NCBI GenBank assembly: GCA_026770705.1
Contig: JANJGN010000301.1
Span: forward strand, 124,001 to 188,000
Reading direction: 5' to 3'
Length of the DNA: 64,000 nt
Origin: Isurus oxyrinchus
Taxonomy: Eukaryota
Part shown: piece after piece, positions 1 to 10,899 of the stretch
Layout: every line of letters starts with the position of its first letter
How positions within the stretch are numbered: position 1 is the first letter of the stretch
Translations under genes and position numbers: made by a program
The notes under the pieces: generated by a model
What the model was told of the DNA's origin: nothing
The model's database searches: none
What the model saw: the letters and a program-made list of their open reading frames with translations, nothing else

Positions 1-460
1 AGGCCAGTAAATATAGACCCTTGATGACTAATTGATCTGAGAGATTGCTTGATATCTAATTGACCATCGCCTCAAAAAGTGCACTTGTTCAATGTGGATG
101 AAGATATTCACGCCCCCGTCCAACGAAATAATAGAATTATTTTTCCCCAATAAAAACTAATCAATCCACCCATCCACCAATCCATCCTGGGTCCACCTGA
201 GTTAACGGTTCTGTAAGAGCAACACAGAATTATCAGTTATAGGAACTCCACTTCTGAGAGCTTTCTTTGCCTCTGTTGGCAAATCGATATCCGCGTAATT
301 TGGGAGCTATTTGCCCTATAAAAGGCGGATGAAGATAAGTTTATATATTTCCCAAATCTGCTTCTTTGTGGATTTGGACAAGGACAAACAGAACAATAAA
401 ACAGCGGTAAATAGACCTGTCTGTTTTGCTCCTCTGGAACCCGGGATCAAAAGCCGCTGA

Positions 461-488
461 AGTTGTTTTACAAGATTCTAACTCTGTG
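461..488 (-). other. Atypical RSS, 12-bp spacer
   Basis: CACAGAG + ttagaatcttgt + AAAACAACT. Confidence 0.55.
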
Positions 489-781
489 CCTCACTGCACA
501 GTAATAAACCGCCTCGTCCTCCACACTCAGTTGGCTGATTTTGAGGTAACCGTTCTTTTGAGACTGGTCAGCAGCCGCCAGATATCGTCCTGAAATTTCA
601 TCTTTCTTCAGTGCTATGATATTGGTAATAATCCAGTTTGCAGGCTGTGCCGTCTGCTGCCGATACCATTGCATGTAGTACATATTCCGTTCTCGATATT
701 CATAGTCTAACTGCAAAGAACCCCCTTCTGACACCGTTATTGCAACCGGTGCCTCTGTTACTGGATGTGCGCATAGTCTGC
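489..781 (-). pseudogene. TCR alpha/delta V exon (family F, YYCAVR), leaderless inverted copy, first Cys lost
   Basis: Acceptor ttaaag| at 782-783. Open exon GRLCAHPVTEAP...LQLDY(C>Y)...WYRQQ...EDEAVYYCAVR. Inverted homology to 43550-44640 stops at about 855, so no leader. Confidence 0.85.
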
Positions 782-1551
782 CTTTAAGGTAGAGGAACGA
801 AATATCAAGCGGTTAAACTGTGTTGATCAAAATTTGTTTGTGCTGTGTGAGCCCCGTCCCGCTGAACTGCTGATCCAAACAATGCCAAACAGAGAGCAGC
901 GGCATCAAACTGCTCAGTAACAGGGGAGGCAAGGCGGGTCAGAGCGACGGCAGCAAACGGAATGTGTGGGCGGCGCTAGAGCAGTAAATGTTGTCACACA
1001 TCGGACCCATTTGTAAGGAGCTGAATTCAATAATAATGTCTCCTTCGAAAGTGATATATCTCTGCCTCTCGATAATAACTGCTGTTCTTTCAGATTTATT
1101 CCAAATTGGAGGCGAGCAGGGTGAACACGTGTGTCAGCATTAGTAAATAATTCAATAATAAATTGAGTTTTCATTGGCTAAACCGTTTAAAACTGGGACA
1201 GAGCCTATGGACGGCTGGGTTAGCATAGTTCTGAGTAAATGTTCAACGAAGTATCAAAGGTTTGAAACCTTTAAACCAAAGTCCGATGAAGGAGATGTCT
1301 GAAAATATGGATAACGCGTGGAGACAGGGCGGGAGAAGGATCAAATCGGCAGGAAAGGCATCCAAAGAGAAAGAAGTGACGTAAGGCACCACAAATTGGT
1401 CCGTAATGTTAATGTTATTACATGTGTAATTTGAAATCGCAAATTAATATTACTGTTGAAATTGTCATTTTTTATTCTTGTAGAAGGCTGTGTTTTTTTG
1501 CAACTTTTCTCACTGTGGAGGCGGGATTATTGCTCCTGTTTTTCGGTTTGA

Positions 1552-1570
1552 GAGCGCCCTCTGCTGACCA
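1552..1570 (-). promoter_or_regulatory. CTCF motif adjacent to RSS
   Basis: TGGTCAGCAGAGGGCGCTC, 21 bp past the nonamer. Confidence 0.75.
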
Positions 1571-1591
1571 CTGACTGGAACTCTCAGTGTG

Positions 1592-1631
1592 GGTTTTTGT
1601 ACGGTATCCGCTATATCTCTGCAGCAGTGTG
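1592..1631 (-). other. RSS, 24-bp spacer
   Basis: CACACTG (1631-1625), 24 nt, ACAAAAACC (1600-1592). Confidence 0.9.
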
Positions 1632-1935
1632 GGGTCCATCGCACAGAAATATACCGCGCTGTCAGAGATCAGGATGTTACTGATCATGAGTTCGGTAATC
1701 TTTACAGTTTCATTAAACATTGCTGAAAACCGATCACTGATGTCCTTATTTCTGAATGGTATCCCTCCCAGAATATAAAGCATGTACTGTGGAGGCTGCT
1801 CGGGGCGCTGACTGTACCAGTACACATAACGGTTAGAAGTGCTTGTTTTCAATGTGCAAGCTACTGTAATATTACTTTTCTCGTCAAACGTTATTGCAGC
1901 AACCGGCAGTTCCACAATGTCTTGGTGGCTCCAGT
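1632..1935 (-). CDS. TRAV/DV: TCR alpha/delta V exon (family C), intact frame, leader not found
   Basis: Acceptor tgttag|. Reads DWSHQDIVELP...VACTL...VYWYSQRPEQPPQYML...DSAVYFCAMDP. Confidence 0.85.
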
Positions 1936-2059
1936 CTAACATAAAACAATAGCAATAACAACAATCAGTATCAGCCTCATATTGATCAACATAATCATCA
2001 CCATCACCATCAATATTGCTTTGTCAAGAACAACATCTGTGTTACAGTAATTAGAAGAA

Positions 2060-2310
2060 ACGGATTATTCATGGGGAAGGAAATATTTACTGAGAAGTGA
2101 CATAATGACGAGGAAAAAGCGAAACGGTCCCCATGACAGTTCCTGAGTCTGCAACTCTGCAGTGCGAGGAGGCTTTTGTCGGAGCAGAAATACAAATCCC
2201 CACCCCACTGCACTACTGATCCAACCAATGACAGGAGTGGACCAGCGGCAGCAATTTCTCCAATAACAAACTCGAGTCAGAGCGAGAGCAGCAAACGGAA
2301 ACTGTGGGAG
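2060..2310 (+). pseudogene. Highly decayed V relic and 3' flank
   Basis: aaatatttactgagaag and gaaacggtccccatg resemble family D (KYLL, KTVP). The flank resembles the post-RSS sequence at 57865-57940. Confidence 0.4.
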
Positions 2311-3183
2311 GGGATACCGTAGACTCAATATTGTGAAGTGTGCGGTGACTCTCATCTGCACTCGGAACTGATGGAGCGGAAATAGTGACTGTTGAACCTT
2401 CAAGGTCAATGACTATCCCGCACCTGCTGACTGTTCAAGTGACTGACAACAAGTAAAGTGGGAGGGACATGAAGGAACTAGAATCATCGAATCTTAGAGC
2501 AAGAAATTGAGGCAATTCGGCCTATCATGTCTATGCCTCATGGGAAGAATTATCAATTCATCTTTCAACCCCACATTTTCCACGAAGGTCGGCAGTTTTT
2601 TTCTTCTTTGAAGTTGCGTATAATTTTCTTCTAACCTACATATACTTTTCTTCTCTAAGTTTCTAATGAATATTTTGCCATCCCTTTAGACAGTACAATT
2701 CAGATTTGAACACATGGTAGTGTGATACGTGAATATAAACTTTCCCTGTCTCTTTTCTCTTAAACTTGGGTACTTGGATTATCGAATTTTCTCCCAGTGG
2801 AAACAACAGTACACGATCTGGTTCATCAAACCTCTCATAATTTTGAGTGCTTCAATTAAGTACTTCCTTTAATTCTTTGACATAGGAATAGTACTACCAA
2901 TTTCCTTCGTCCATTATTGGAGGCCGTCATTTCTGGTACCGTTCTGGTGTATTACCTCCAATATCTTGACATTCAATGTAAATGGTGGTTCCCTGATCCC
3001 TAAACAGCGAGTTATAAACGTTTAATATTATTTAAATATTGCATAAACACCAACGAAAAAAAGATTGATTCTGATCAGCTCCCATTTAGACTTCTGGGAA
3101 AAAAATGACATTCGTATTTTGATATGTAAATCAATAAACCCCAAATCCAATCAATGGTCCCCTTAACCGCATGAAAACAGAAT

Positions 3184-3202
3184 CCACCAGCAGAGGGCGC
3201 CA
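3184..3202 (+). promoter_or_regulatory. CTCF motif in V promoter (E-box GTCACGTG at 3226-3233)
   Basis: CCACCAGCAGAGGGCGCCA. Decayed in the pseudogene paralogue at about 43156. Confidence 0.75.
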
Positions 3203-3270
3203 AGACCAAGCGTGCTAATTAGAAAGTCACGTGTGGCCAACGTCAAGACCAATAGAGATGGTTTCCTGAG

Positions 3271-3362
3271 TGAGATCACAACGGGCCTGGCCCCCTGCAG
3301 TGTGTGGGTGGAACAATGAGATCACAACGGGCCTGGCCCCCTGCAGTGTGTGGGTGGAACAA
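3271..3362 (+). repeat. Perfect 46-bp tandem duplication in V promoter/5'UTR
   Basis: tgagatcacaacgggcctggccccctgcagtgtgtgggtggaacaa x2. Confidence 0.95.
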
Positions 3363-3448
3363 TGAGCGGAACAAAGCCGGTGTTCCCTCTCTCCTCTTCA
3401 ATCTCTGGCTCATTCCATTCACATTCTCTGAAAGAGATTCGGACAGAC

Positions 3449-3968
3449 ATGTTTCTGATTATACTGGCGGCTGTCTGGGGCAGTAAGTACTGGATTATGT
3501 TAATCAAAACACATTAGCAGATTGAGGCAAAGGGTTTGCACTAGGAATTAATAGGATTAACGATCAGATGTCTTCATTTTATGAACAGCTTTGTTCATGG
3601 GAATTTGCGCAGTTATTTAGATGTTTAGATGGATCCTCTTTAACCGTATACTCTTCTGTTTCTCTATTTTCACAGGCGGACTGTGTGCCGATCCAGTAAC
3701 TCAGACCCCAGTGATGCTAACCGTGTCAGAAGGGGGTTCGGTGCAGTTAGATTGCGAATATACAGACCAGGCTATCGACGTTATGCAATGGTATCGGCAT
3801 AAATCGGCACAGCCTCCAAGCTGGATAATTACCAAAGTAGTAGGACTGAGAAAAGATGAAATCTCAGGACGATATCTGGCGGCTGCTGACAAGTCTAAAC
3901 AGTCCGGTTATCTCAATATAAGCGGCCTGAGTGTGGAAGACGAGGCCTCCTATTACTGTGCAGTGAGG
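3449..3968 (+). CDS. TRAV/DV: Functional-looking TCR alpha/delta V gene (family F): leader 3449-3482, V exon 3676-3968
   Basis: Leader MFLIILAAVWG|gtaagt. Exon cacag|SGLCADPVTQ...LDC...WYRHK...YYCAVR. RSS follows. Confidence 0.92.
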
Positions 3969-4006
3969 CACAGCCTCGCGTAAAGCCAGGAGCCCGTACG
4001 AAAACC
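3969..4006 (+). other. RSS, 22-bp spacer
   Basis: CACAGCC, 22 nt, ACGAAAACC. Confidence 0.85.
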
Positions 4007-4202
4007 TCAGCGAGTTAGGCTAAGTGTTCTTGGTGGCTCAAACTGAGACTATAGTTTGTTTCCGGGTTTGTAGAGAACAAAAACTGATAGCTTTACGTGT
4101 GAAACACTAGAATTGCTGAATTCAGCTATGGCCAAATCAGCAGAGATCTGGTCTGACAAATATTGAGGCTTACCTCCATGCCACGAGCAATAGTGCCTCA
4201 AT

Positions 4203-4488
4203 AACTATCTCGGAGCTTCCCCGGAATATTGATCTACCAACAAAGGTAGAGAAAGCTCACAGATATGGAGCAACCGTAGCTGATCATTACGGTCTGTTCT
4301 TCCAGATAGTAAACTCAGAGAGATCCAGGGGCAGTGAGTCTGCGCCACTGCACCACTCGTTGCTGTAACAAACACAGAATGTGTCAAAGTCTGGGATTAA
4401 CTTTAACACATGAAATAGACAATGGCCCTTTAAACATCGGCTCACCGCACAGCACGGCCATTATCAGAAAAGGCAATGGGGAAAACAT
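4203..4488 (-). pseudogene. Truncated V (family D): intact leader plus decayed 5' half
   Basis: Leader MFSPLPFLIMAVLC|gtgag (4488-4446). Exon from 4362 ends near QYSGEAP. Confidence 0.65.
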
Positions 4489-4690
4489 AGTGTCTGGTTA
4501 AGGCTTCGACAGAAAATAACTGAATTTTAAACGGATGTTGAACATTCTCGTCTAAAATTAAACAAGAAACTCCGATTAGGGAAATCTTTACTTGTTGGGC
4601 GATTGACAGACGTTTGCTTACTAGAAACCTATGAAGCTCCCAGATCTCTGATGCCTGCACCGACTACAAACCGTGAGGGTCACCCTGGCA

Positions 4691-4729
4691 GATTTTTGTA
4701 CGGTCCCTCCTGATCTTTGCTGCACTGTG
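4691..4729 (-). other. 23-RSS
   Basis: CACAGTG, 23 nt, ACAAAAATC. Confidence 0.95.
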
Positions 4730-5257
4730 CCTCAACCGCGCAGAAATAGGTGGCAGTGTCTATCACACGAGCGTCACTAACATTAAGAGCACTGCCCCTC
4801 TCTGCTGAAATGAACCGAGCCGTGATCCTGTCCCGATCACTGGTACCTGTCGCCAGGTGCTGCACGGTGCGGTCCGGTTATTGTCTATACCACTGTAGGA
4901 TCTGTCCTGCTGCTGTAGTGGAACAGATCAACGATGCAGTGTCTCCCTCGGTAACACCCAGTGACTCAGGAGACTGTGATACTTCTTCACTGCCAGCTGC
5001 ATCTGAAAATAATATGTAGATATAGAGTAATATCATAAAAGCAATATTAACTAGTACAATAAAATATAGCAGAGCACAGTAGAGCACAACATAACATACT
5101 ACATGATATGCAATAAAGCAAAGTACAAAGTAACACAGCATAACAAATGTGTAAAATTATGTGTAAATTATTCCTCTCTGAAATAGCAATCGTACTCACA
5201 CGGGGGGAAGAGTAAGAAATCCAGGCAGATAATCACTGAAGTGAAGCTCAGCTTCAT
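4730..5257 (-). pseudogene. V pseudogene with a single nonsense codon: leader 5257-5200, exon 5002-4730
   Basis: Leader MKLSFTSVIICLDFLLFPP|gtgagt. Exon EEVSQSPESL...LIC...WYRQ*PD...TATYFCAVE. Confidence 0.9.
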
Positions 5258-5527
5258 GTCGGATCCTATCGACTTGCGTAGAGTAAATCTAAACAGATTC
5301 AGGCCAAGGAAGGCTGTCGGAGGAGCCAGCCCTGTGGCAAATCAAACTGAGCCCAACACCAGTTACACTGTGTCCGCCAGACCCGGGTCTCTGGGACTTG
5401 ATGGGATGTCGGGGGCGGGGTGGGGATGGAGGGGGGTTGGGGGGCGGGTGTGGAATGCGCATACGTCAGGGCATCCGCCTGTTTGACCTCGCCCTGTAAT
5501 ATTTGTGACGCCACCCTGCAGTCTGTG

Positions 5528-5535
5528 TGACGTCA
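5528..5535. promoter_or_regulatory. CRE (TGACGTCA) in V promoter
   Basis: Perfect palindrome about 270 bp upstream of the ATG at 5257, with half-sites near 5462 and 5507. CRE-type elements are typical of TCR V promoters. Confidence 0.6.
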
Positions 5536-5884
5536 GCCAGTCAGATTTGAGGACCAGAAACATCCTTCCCGGAGTTGATCTGAATATCGAGCCCGGGGTT
5601 TAAGGGAATTAACAGCTGATCAGAAACAGGAAGAAAGGTTTAACCTGTAGATTGATTTGACAATGGATATGTTCGGTAGAGTCAGATTCTGCAGTTTGTT
5701 TCCCTCGGCCGCCGCTGGAAACAGATGGGTGATAGTTTGATCCGAGGTGAATGTGGTTTCCTCTCTGTTTGTGTTTGAGCGGCTGACAGCGCCGGTGAAG
5801 ATTGTGGCTGCACCTGCCCGAGATCCGATACAAACTCAACAGACAGGAGCTCCCAGCCGTAGCTCAAAGTACGGGGGGGTGACA

Positions 5885-6350
5885 CTGCTTCCCATCATTA
5901 ACTCCGGCTGAGATCTCTGCTTCTAATCAACTCTTCAGAGTTCACTTTCTCCTCTCAGAGAGAGAGGTTTGACTCCCTGAACGGTGCATTTGTTATTGTC
6001 TGTCTCACCGACTGCCTGCAGACATGAATAAGACTGTCCCTGCAAATACAGCCCAATCGGGACCAGCCTGGACCAGAATAAAACAGTCACTCTATGTGAT
6101 ATCATAGGTGAAATTTAATGCAGCTACTTCTCCTTCTGTCTAAACAGTTGAGGACAGTATCTGAGTGACAGGGCCTTCATGACTCAGATCTGAAACACAT
6201 AGTCAAACAGGAAATACTCATACCGGAGAGTGTTTAAAATTCAGATTGAAACCATCTTTTGAAAATGAGATGAAATGTGTTAATTTCACAATTCCCTGTC
6301 AGAAATATACCGGCCACGCCCCGTACAACCCAGTTGCTGCCTGACGGCAT
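5885..6350 (-). pseudogene. Family A V relic (leader + 5' half; 3' half missing)
   Basis: Homologous to 11820-12200 and to the leader at 54644. Splice donor mutated. Confidence 0.65.
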
Positions 6351-6399
6351 TGTCGCTGTCGGCTCTATAAAAGGGAAATTGAGATTGGAAGAAACTCAT

Positions 6400-6540
6400 T
6401 CTAGTCGTTATGGTACTGGGTTTGTAACCCCAAGATCACGAGTTCAAATCTCACAATGGCTAACTATGAAACAATGTAACTTCATCTGAAACAGATGGAA
6501 ACGGGTTTGTGCTCGAAAGAGTATCAATAATCAGTTGTCA
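6400..6540 (+). mobile_element. tRNA-derived SINE fragment
   Basis: A-box-like tagtcgttatgg and B-box gagttcaaatc. Confidence 0.45.
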
Positions 6541-7198
6541 TTCTCATGATCCTCTCATCTCACTTCCTGGTGCCTCATTTGACGCTTTAAGACCTGTAAG
6601 TGGGGGAGTGGCTGTCAGTGAATGGAAACAGTCTGAGCGGGTCTATAGTCAGTATCCGTATAAAATAGATGGTTACATTGTTAGGGACAGGGGTGGGGAT
6701 GGTTCTCCTTGTCTGGTTATTAAAGAACAGAAACACTGGGTTGTGAATTATGTCAGAAAACTTTAAACAGGCACTCGAAAGGGCAATGAACATTGAGGGA
6801 ATCCTGTACTTGGGGCTTGTTGAAAAGAGCGCAATCATTACCTTGTGAAATGTATTCATTTTCCATATACCTTCCTGAACCAGAAAGGCACTCTGATAAA
6901 GTAGAGAGCATGTGCCGGCTTTGACCAAACATACCTCGAAAAGGACAGTGGGGATGGAGAAACGGCTGAACAATAATTCAGGCAGGCAAGGAACGATCAT
7001 CAATATGGAAAATATGACTTCAAGCATCACAAATTAATTTGTGAAATTCATTTTTAGTATAGATACATGGCAAGAACCCAACTTATAGAATTGCTCAATT
7101 GCTACTCACCTGTTCCTGTTCAGTGTTATGTTTGGGTTTGATATTGTATTAATGACTCTGACACTCACAGGCTGAATTGTTTCTTTTTATCGGTGTAA

Positions 7199-7277
7199 GA
7201 CCGCCCTCTGCTGAGCGCTGACTGGAACTCCCAGTGGGATTTTTGTACGGGATCCGCTATATCTCTGCAGCAGTGTG
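7199..7277 (-). other. 24-spacer RSS (7277-7238) plus CTCF motif (7217-7199)
   Basis: CACACTG, 24 nt, ACAAAAATC; then CGCTCAGCAGAGGGCGGTC. Confidence 0.8.
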
Positions 7278-7713
7278 GGGTTCATGGCACAGAAATACAC
7301 GGCGCTGTCGGAGAGAACAGACCCGGCGATATTCAAATGAACCGTTTTGTTTTCTTTGTGCAAAACACCGGAGAACCTGTCTGGGAAATCTGGAGACTTA
7401 TCTGCAGTCCCTGAGCTGTTTATCTTCATTAAATATATCGGAGCTTCCCCGGAGTATTGAGTGTACCAGAACAGAGTTGTTGAGAACAGCTGTCGAGTAA
7501 TTACAGTCCAGTTTTATGCTCTGTCCTTCCAGAACCGTTAATTCAGGGGGAGCCTGGGACACTGAATCTTTGCCATTTGTTCCTATAAGAAAATACATCA
7601 TGTATCAAATATCTGGAATTGAAGATAGCAGATCGAACAGACATTGACCATTTAAACATTGACTCACGGGGCAGCAAGACTATTATTATACTGAAGGAAC
7701 ACAGGGACTACAT
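7278..7713 (-). pseudogene. Family D V pseudogene: leader 7713-7668, exon 7582-7278
   Basis: Leader begins ATG TAG. KDSVSQAPPEL...LDC, then a frameshift near 7475, then ...DSAVYFCAMNP. Confidence 0.9.
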
Positions 7714-7979
7714 GGTGTCACGATTAGCAGTCGGAAGAAATGAGATAGCATTTCAAATACGTTGACACTCTGTTCTGATTTCATGAGGAAATTCGGATCA
7801 GGGGCAGGCTTCACTTATTGAGAAACTGAGGGCCGTTTCCCAGCCCTGTGATTGGTTGGTCTCTCAGAACTGAGAGTTCGACACCCATTAGTTCTGGACC
7901 GATTATTTCCCCTGACTTTCTCTTTCTCCCTGTCTTTCTCGGTATCTCAGGTGTTCTCTTCATCTAAGGATCCGTCTTT

Positions 7980-8205
7980 CTCGCACTGTTGTTGATGTAA
8001 TTAGTAACGGGCTGAATTGCCCCAGCGGTAGCCAAGCTGGGCGTCAGTGAGCAGCTTATTGTTAAGCAAGTGCTGCTTGGTAGCACTGTTGATGATCCTT
8101 TCCATCACTTCACTGATTATCGAGAGTACTCTGATCGGGCAGTTGGATTTGTCCTGTTTCTTGTGTACAGGACATACCTGGGCAATTTCCCACATTGCTG
8201 GGCAT
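7980..8205 (-). mobile_element. LINE RT fragment (second LINE family)
   Basis: WEIAQVCPVHKKQDKSNCPIRVLSIISEVMERII...Q.G.R. Confidence 0.75.
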
Positions 8206-9479
8206 TCCCCGGTGTCTCTCAGATAGTATCCCTGAGAGATGTACCTGCACACTCGTACTTATCGGTCTCTCCTGGTGGATATTTATTTAGAATGACTGGC
8301 GTCCGTCATTCTTCCTCGCCCAATAATCTACTTACACATTCCCGATATCTGCTCAAACATCCCTCGCTCGCCAACAACCACCTCCTCTGCCCCAGTGCAC
8401 ATTTTACTCTCTGATGCCCATTCCCTATTCTTCCAACCCTGCTGTCTAATCCCCCATTCTTTCTCTCTAATGTCCTATTTCCCCTCCTCATCCCCCATCG
8501 CCACTGACAAATTTCTGATTCCCACTCGTTACGCTCCAAATCCCATTCTTTTTCCCACCACTTCAGATCTCTACCGACCCATCCCCGTTCTTTATCCTTG
8601 ATCGCTGCATTTTCTGCGCCGAATCTAGCCCTTTGCATTCAACTGCTGAAAGTGCTGCTCACTTTATACTCTCTCCCAATTTCTATGTTTTGGACTGAAG
8701 TCATTGTAAAAAAAATCCAGTATCAGTGAATGTCGACCTGGACTCACAACATCATGTGTTATTATTTTTGAGAGTCGGTTTTAGTAGCAGAGCAAGATAA
8801 AAGTGACAGGTTTTCAGACAACCCTTTATCCAACTTCCAACAGACACAAGCAGCTGGGAGGATTGGCAGCTTTTTAGATTTCCCAGGCAGCAGTTGATCT
8901 AATAACTCCACTCGCCTATGTCATAGGAAACTCATGCTCCTCCCACCTATGCTTCTTGGATTGGAATCCTCATGCGTGACTCGTTGTAATGTCAAAATTA
9001 GTGAGAATCGTGGTATATTCCCCACTAATTTCTGTGACTTGGGGTTGAATTAAGACCCAGACAGAGAAGATGCAGATCGATCTCACCTCAGGAACAGATT
9101 TGAGCATCAGATCAGGCAATGACATTGCAACTCTGGGGATCCAGTGTTAACTACAGCCCAGTCAGTTGGGATGAATGTCTCTACTGTCTCCTCGGGGACT
9201 GATTCTGGCAGCGCAACAGACATGGACGTTTGCTCCCAGTCCTGGAGCAATCTCAGAACAAGAGGTGAAATGTTCTCTCTGCAATGGTTAAATTGGTTGT
9301 TTAGTATGATGAAACGATTATATATGTTCTGTCTCTGTTTATAGTGAATTCTCCATCCTCAGACCACCAAGCCCCCGGTATATTCGTACACACACTGCTA
9401 TCCAGGCCACATCCATAATAGATCAGATGGCAATGCACACTGTGATTTTGGCTGCAGACCCCCACCCCATTAATATTAG

Positions 9480-9690
9480 CTATCTCTCTATCCATCCATG
9501 CATCCATCCACCCACACATCCATCTATCCACCCATCTATCTACCCGTCTATAAATCTACCCATCTATCCATCTACCTACCCATCTATCTATCTATCTACC
9601 TATCTTTCTATCTATTTAGCTAGCTACGTACCTATCTCTCTTCACTCTCTCTCTCTTTCCCCTACCCCTACTCTCTCTCTCTCTCTCTCT
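9480..9690. repeat. (TATC/CATC)n and (CT)n microsatellites
   Basis: Direct reading. Confidence 0.9.
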
Positions 9691-10400
9691 AGTAAATGCT
9701 TCAGGAAGGTTTGATGTGTCGTATTTCGAACTCCAATGGTCATCGCTACTGAGAATCATAGAAGTTAACAGTTTTGCTTACTAGTTCCTTATTCATTGTC
9801 TCGGGACTCCTAAATTCTTTTGCTCCTTTATCTTGAAATGCATATTTGCTTCATATTTCCTTTCCTTACTCATCTAGTTTATATTTACCATGCCACCCAT
9901 ATGGTCTCTGGTCACTATGGTTTCATTGAAAGAGACAAACAGAAACGACATTGTTTGATTGACTTTAAGTCTGATATCACAATTATATCTGATATCCAAA
10001 TTAACGTTCACGCCTCCTGGTGGTGTTTTAGTGAATTTGTCAAACTCTGCATTTATTCCCTGAATTATTTATTTTCACCTCCATTCATTTTTACAGAAGC
10101 GAGGAAATTCATTTCTATGAGAGATTGCCTCACCAGGGAGACAGAGATCGTAGCAAACAGACCGAGACTCCGAGAACATCGGAGAAAGATAAAGAACCAG
10201 TCAGAGCAACTCTGGTTGGCAGCTCTCATTGATTGTAGCGCAACTGTAATCAGTTGTGACAGCCAACGTTGTCCCTGGAAAACGCTCCTCAGTGTCTCAA
10301 TAAGTGAAATCTGATTGTGATCTGGGTTATATTTTAATATCATACCAGGAGTGTTTAGAATATTATGTTACTTTCTGTCAAATTCTAAACCGAACACTAT

Positions 10401-10820
10401 ATGTTCCCCATGTTCCTAATTGATAATAATGGTCTTGCTACCTAGTGAGTCTATGTTCAAACAGTCAGTGTGTCGCCAGGAGTTATATTAAGTTCCTGAC
10501 TTTTTAAAATGTATGCGTTTGTGGTACAGGACTGAATGACGAGGTTTCAGTGTCTCACGGTCCGTCTGAATTAGCGGTTCGGGAAAGTCAGAATATTATT
10601 CTGTACTGCCGTTACTCGGCATCCTACCCTGCCACCAACTTTCTTCCAGTATCCCAGGGAAGTTCCGAGAAATTTACTGAAGGTGTATAGCTTGGGAAAT
10701 GAAGAAAGGTCTTCAGGTTTACCAGGTAGATCCTCTGCTGAGGAAACAAAACTCTCCATTCAAATATCGCCTGGGATTTTCTCTCAAACACCACCGTGTA
10801 TTTCTGTGCCATGAAGCGCC
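10401..10820 (+). pseudogene. Family D V pseudogene
   Basis: Leader relic ending cta|gtgagt. Exon from 10530, multiple frameshifts, ends VYFCAMK. Confidence 0.8.
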
Positions 10821-10899
10821 CACACTGCTGCAGAGAGATAGCGGATGCCAGACAAAAACCCCACTGGGCGTTCCTGTTAATCCCCAGCAGAGGGCGCTC
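10821..10899 (+). other. 24-spacer RSS (10821-10860) plus CTCF motif (10881-10899)
   Basis: CACACTG, 24 nt, ACAAAAACC; then TCCCCAGCAGAGGGCGCTC. Confidence 0.85.

Noticed and set aside
1585-1591. Second heptamer CACACTG right after the nonamer
   Set aside because: No nonamer at 12 or 23 nt, and not kept in the paralogues
9438-9444. Perfect heptamer CACAGTG on the minus strand
   Set aside because: No nonamer at either spacing
9820-10314. 164-aa ORF
   Set aside because: TTG start, no recognisable domain or gene structure
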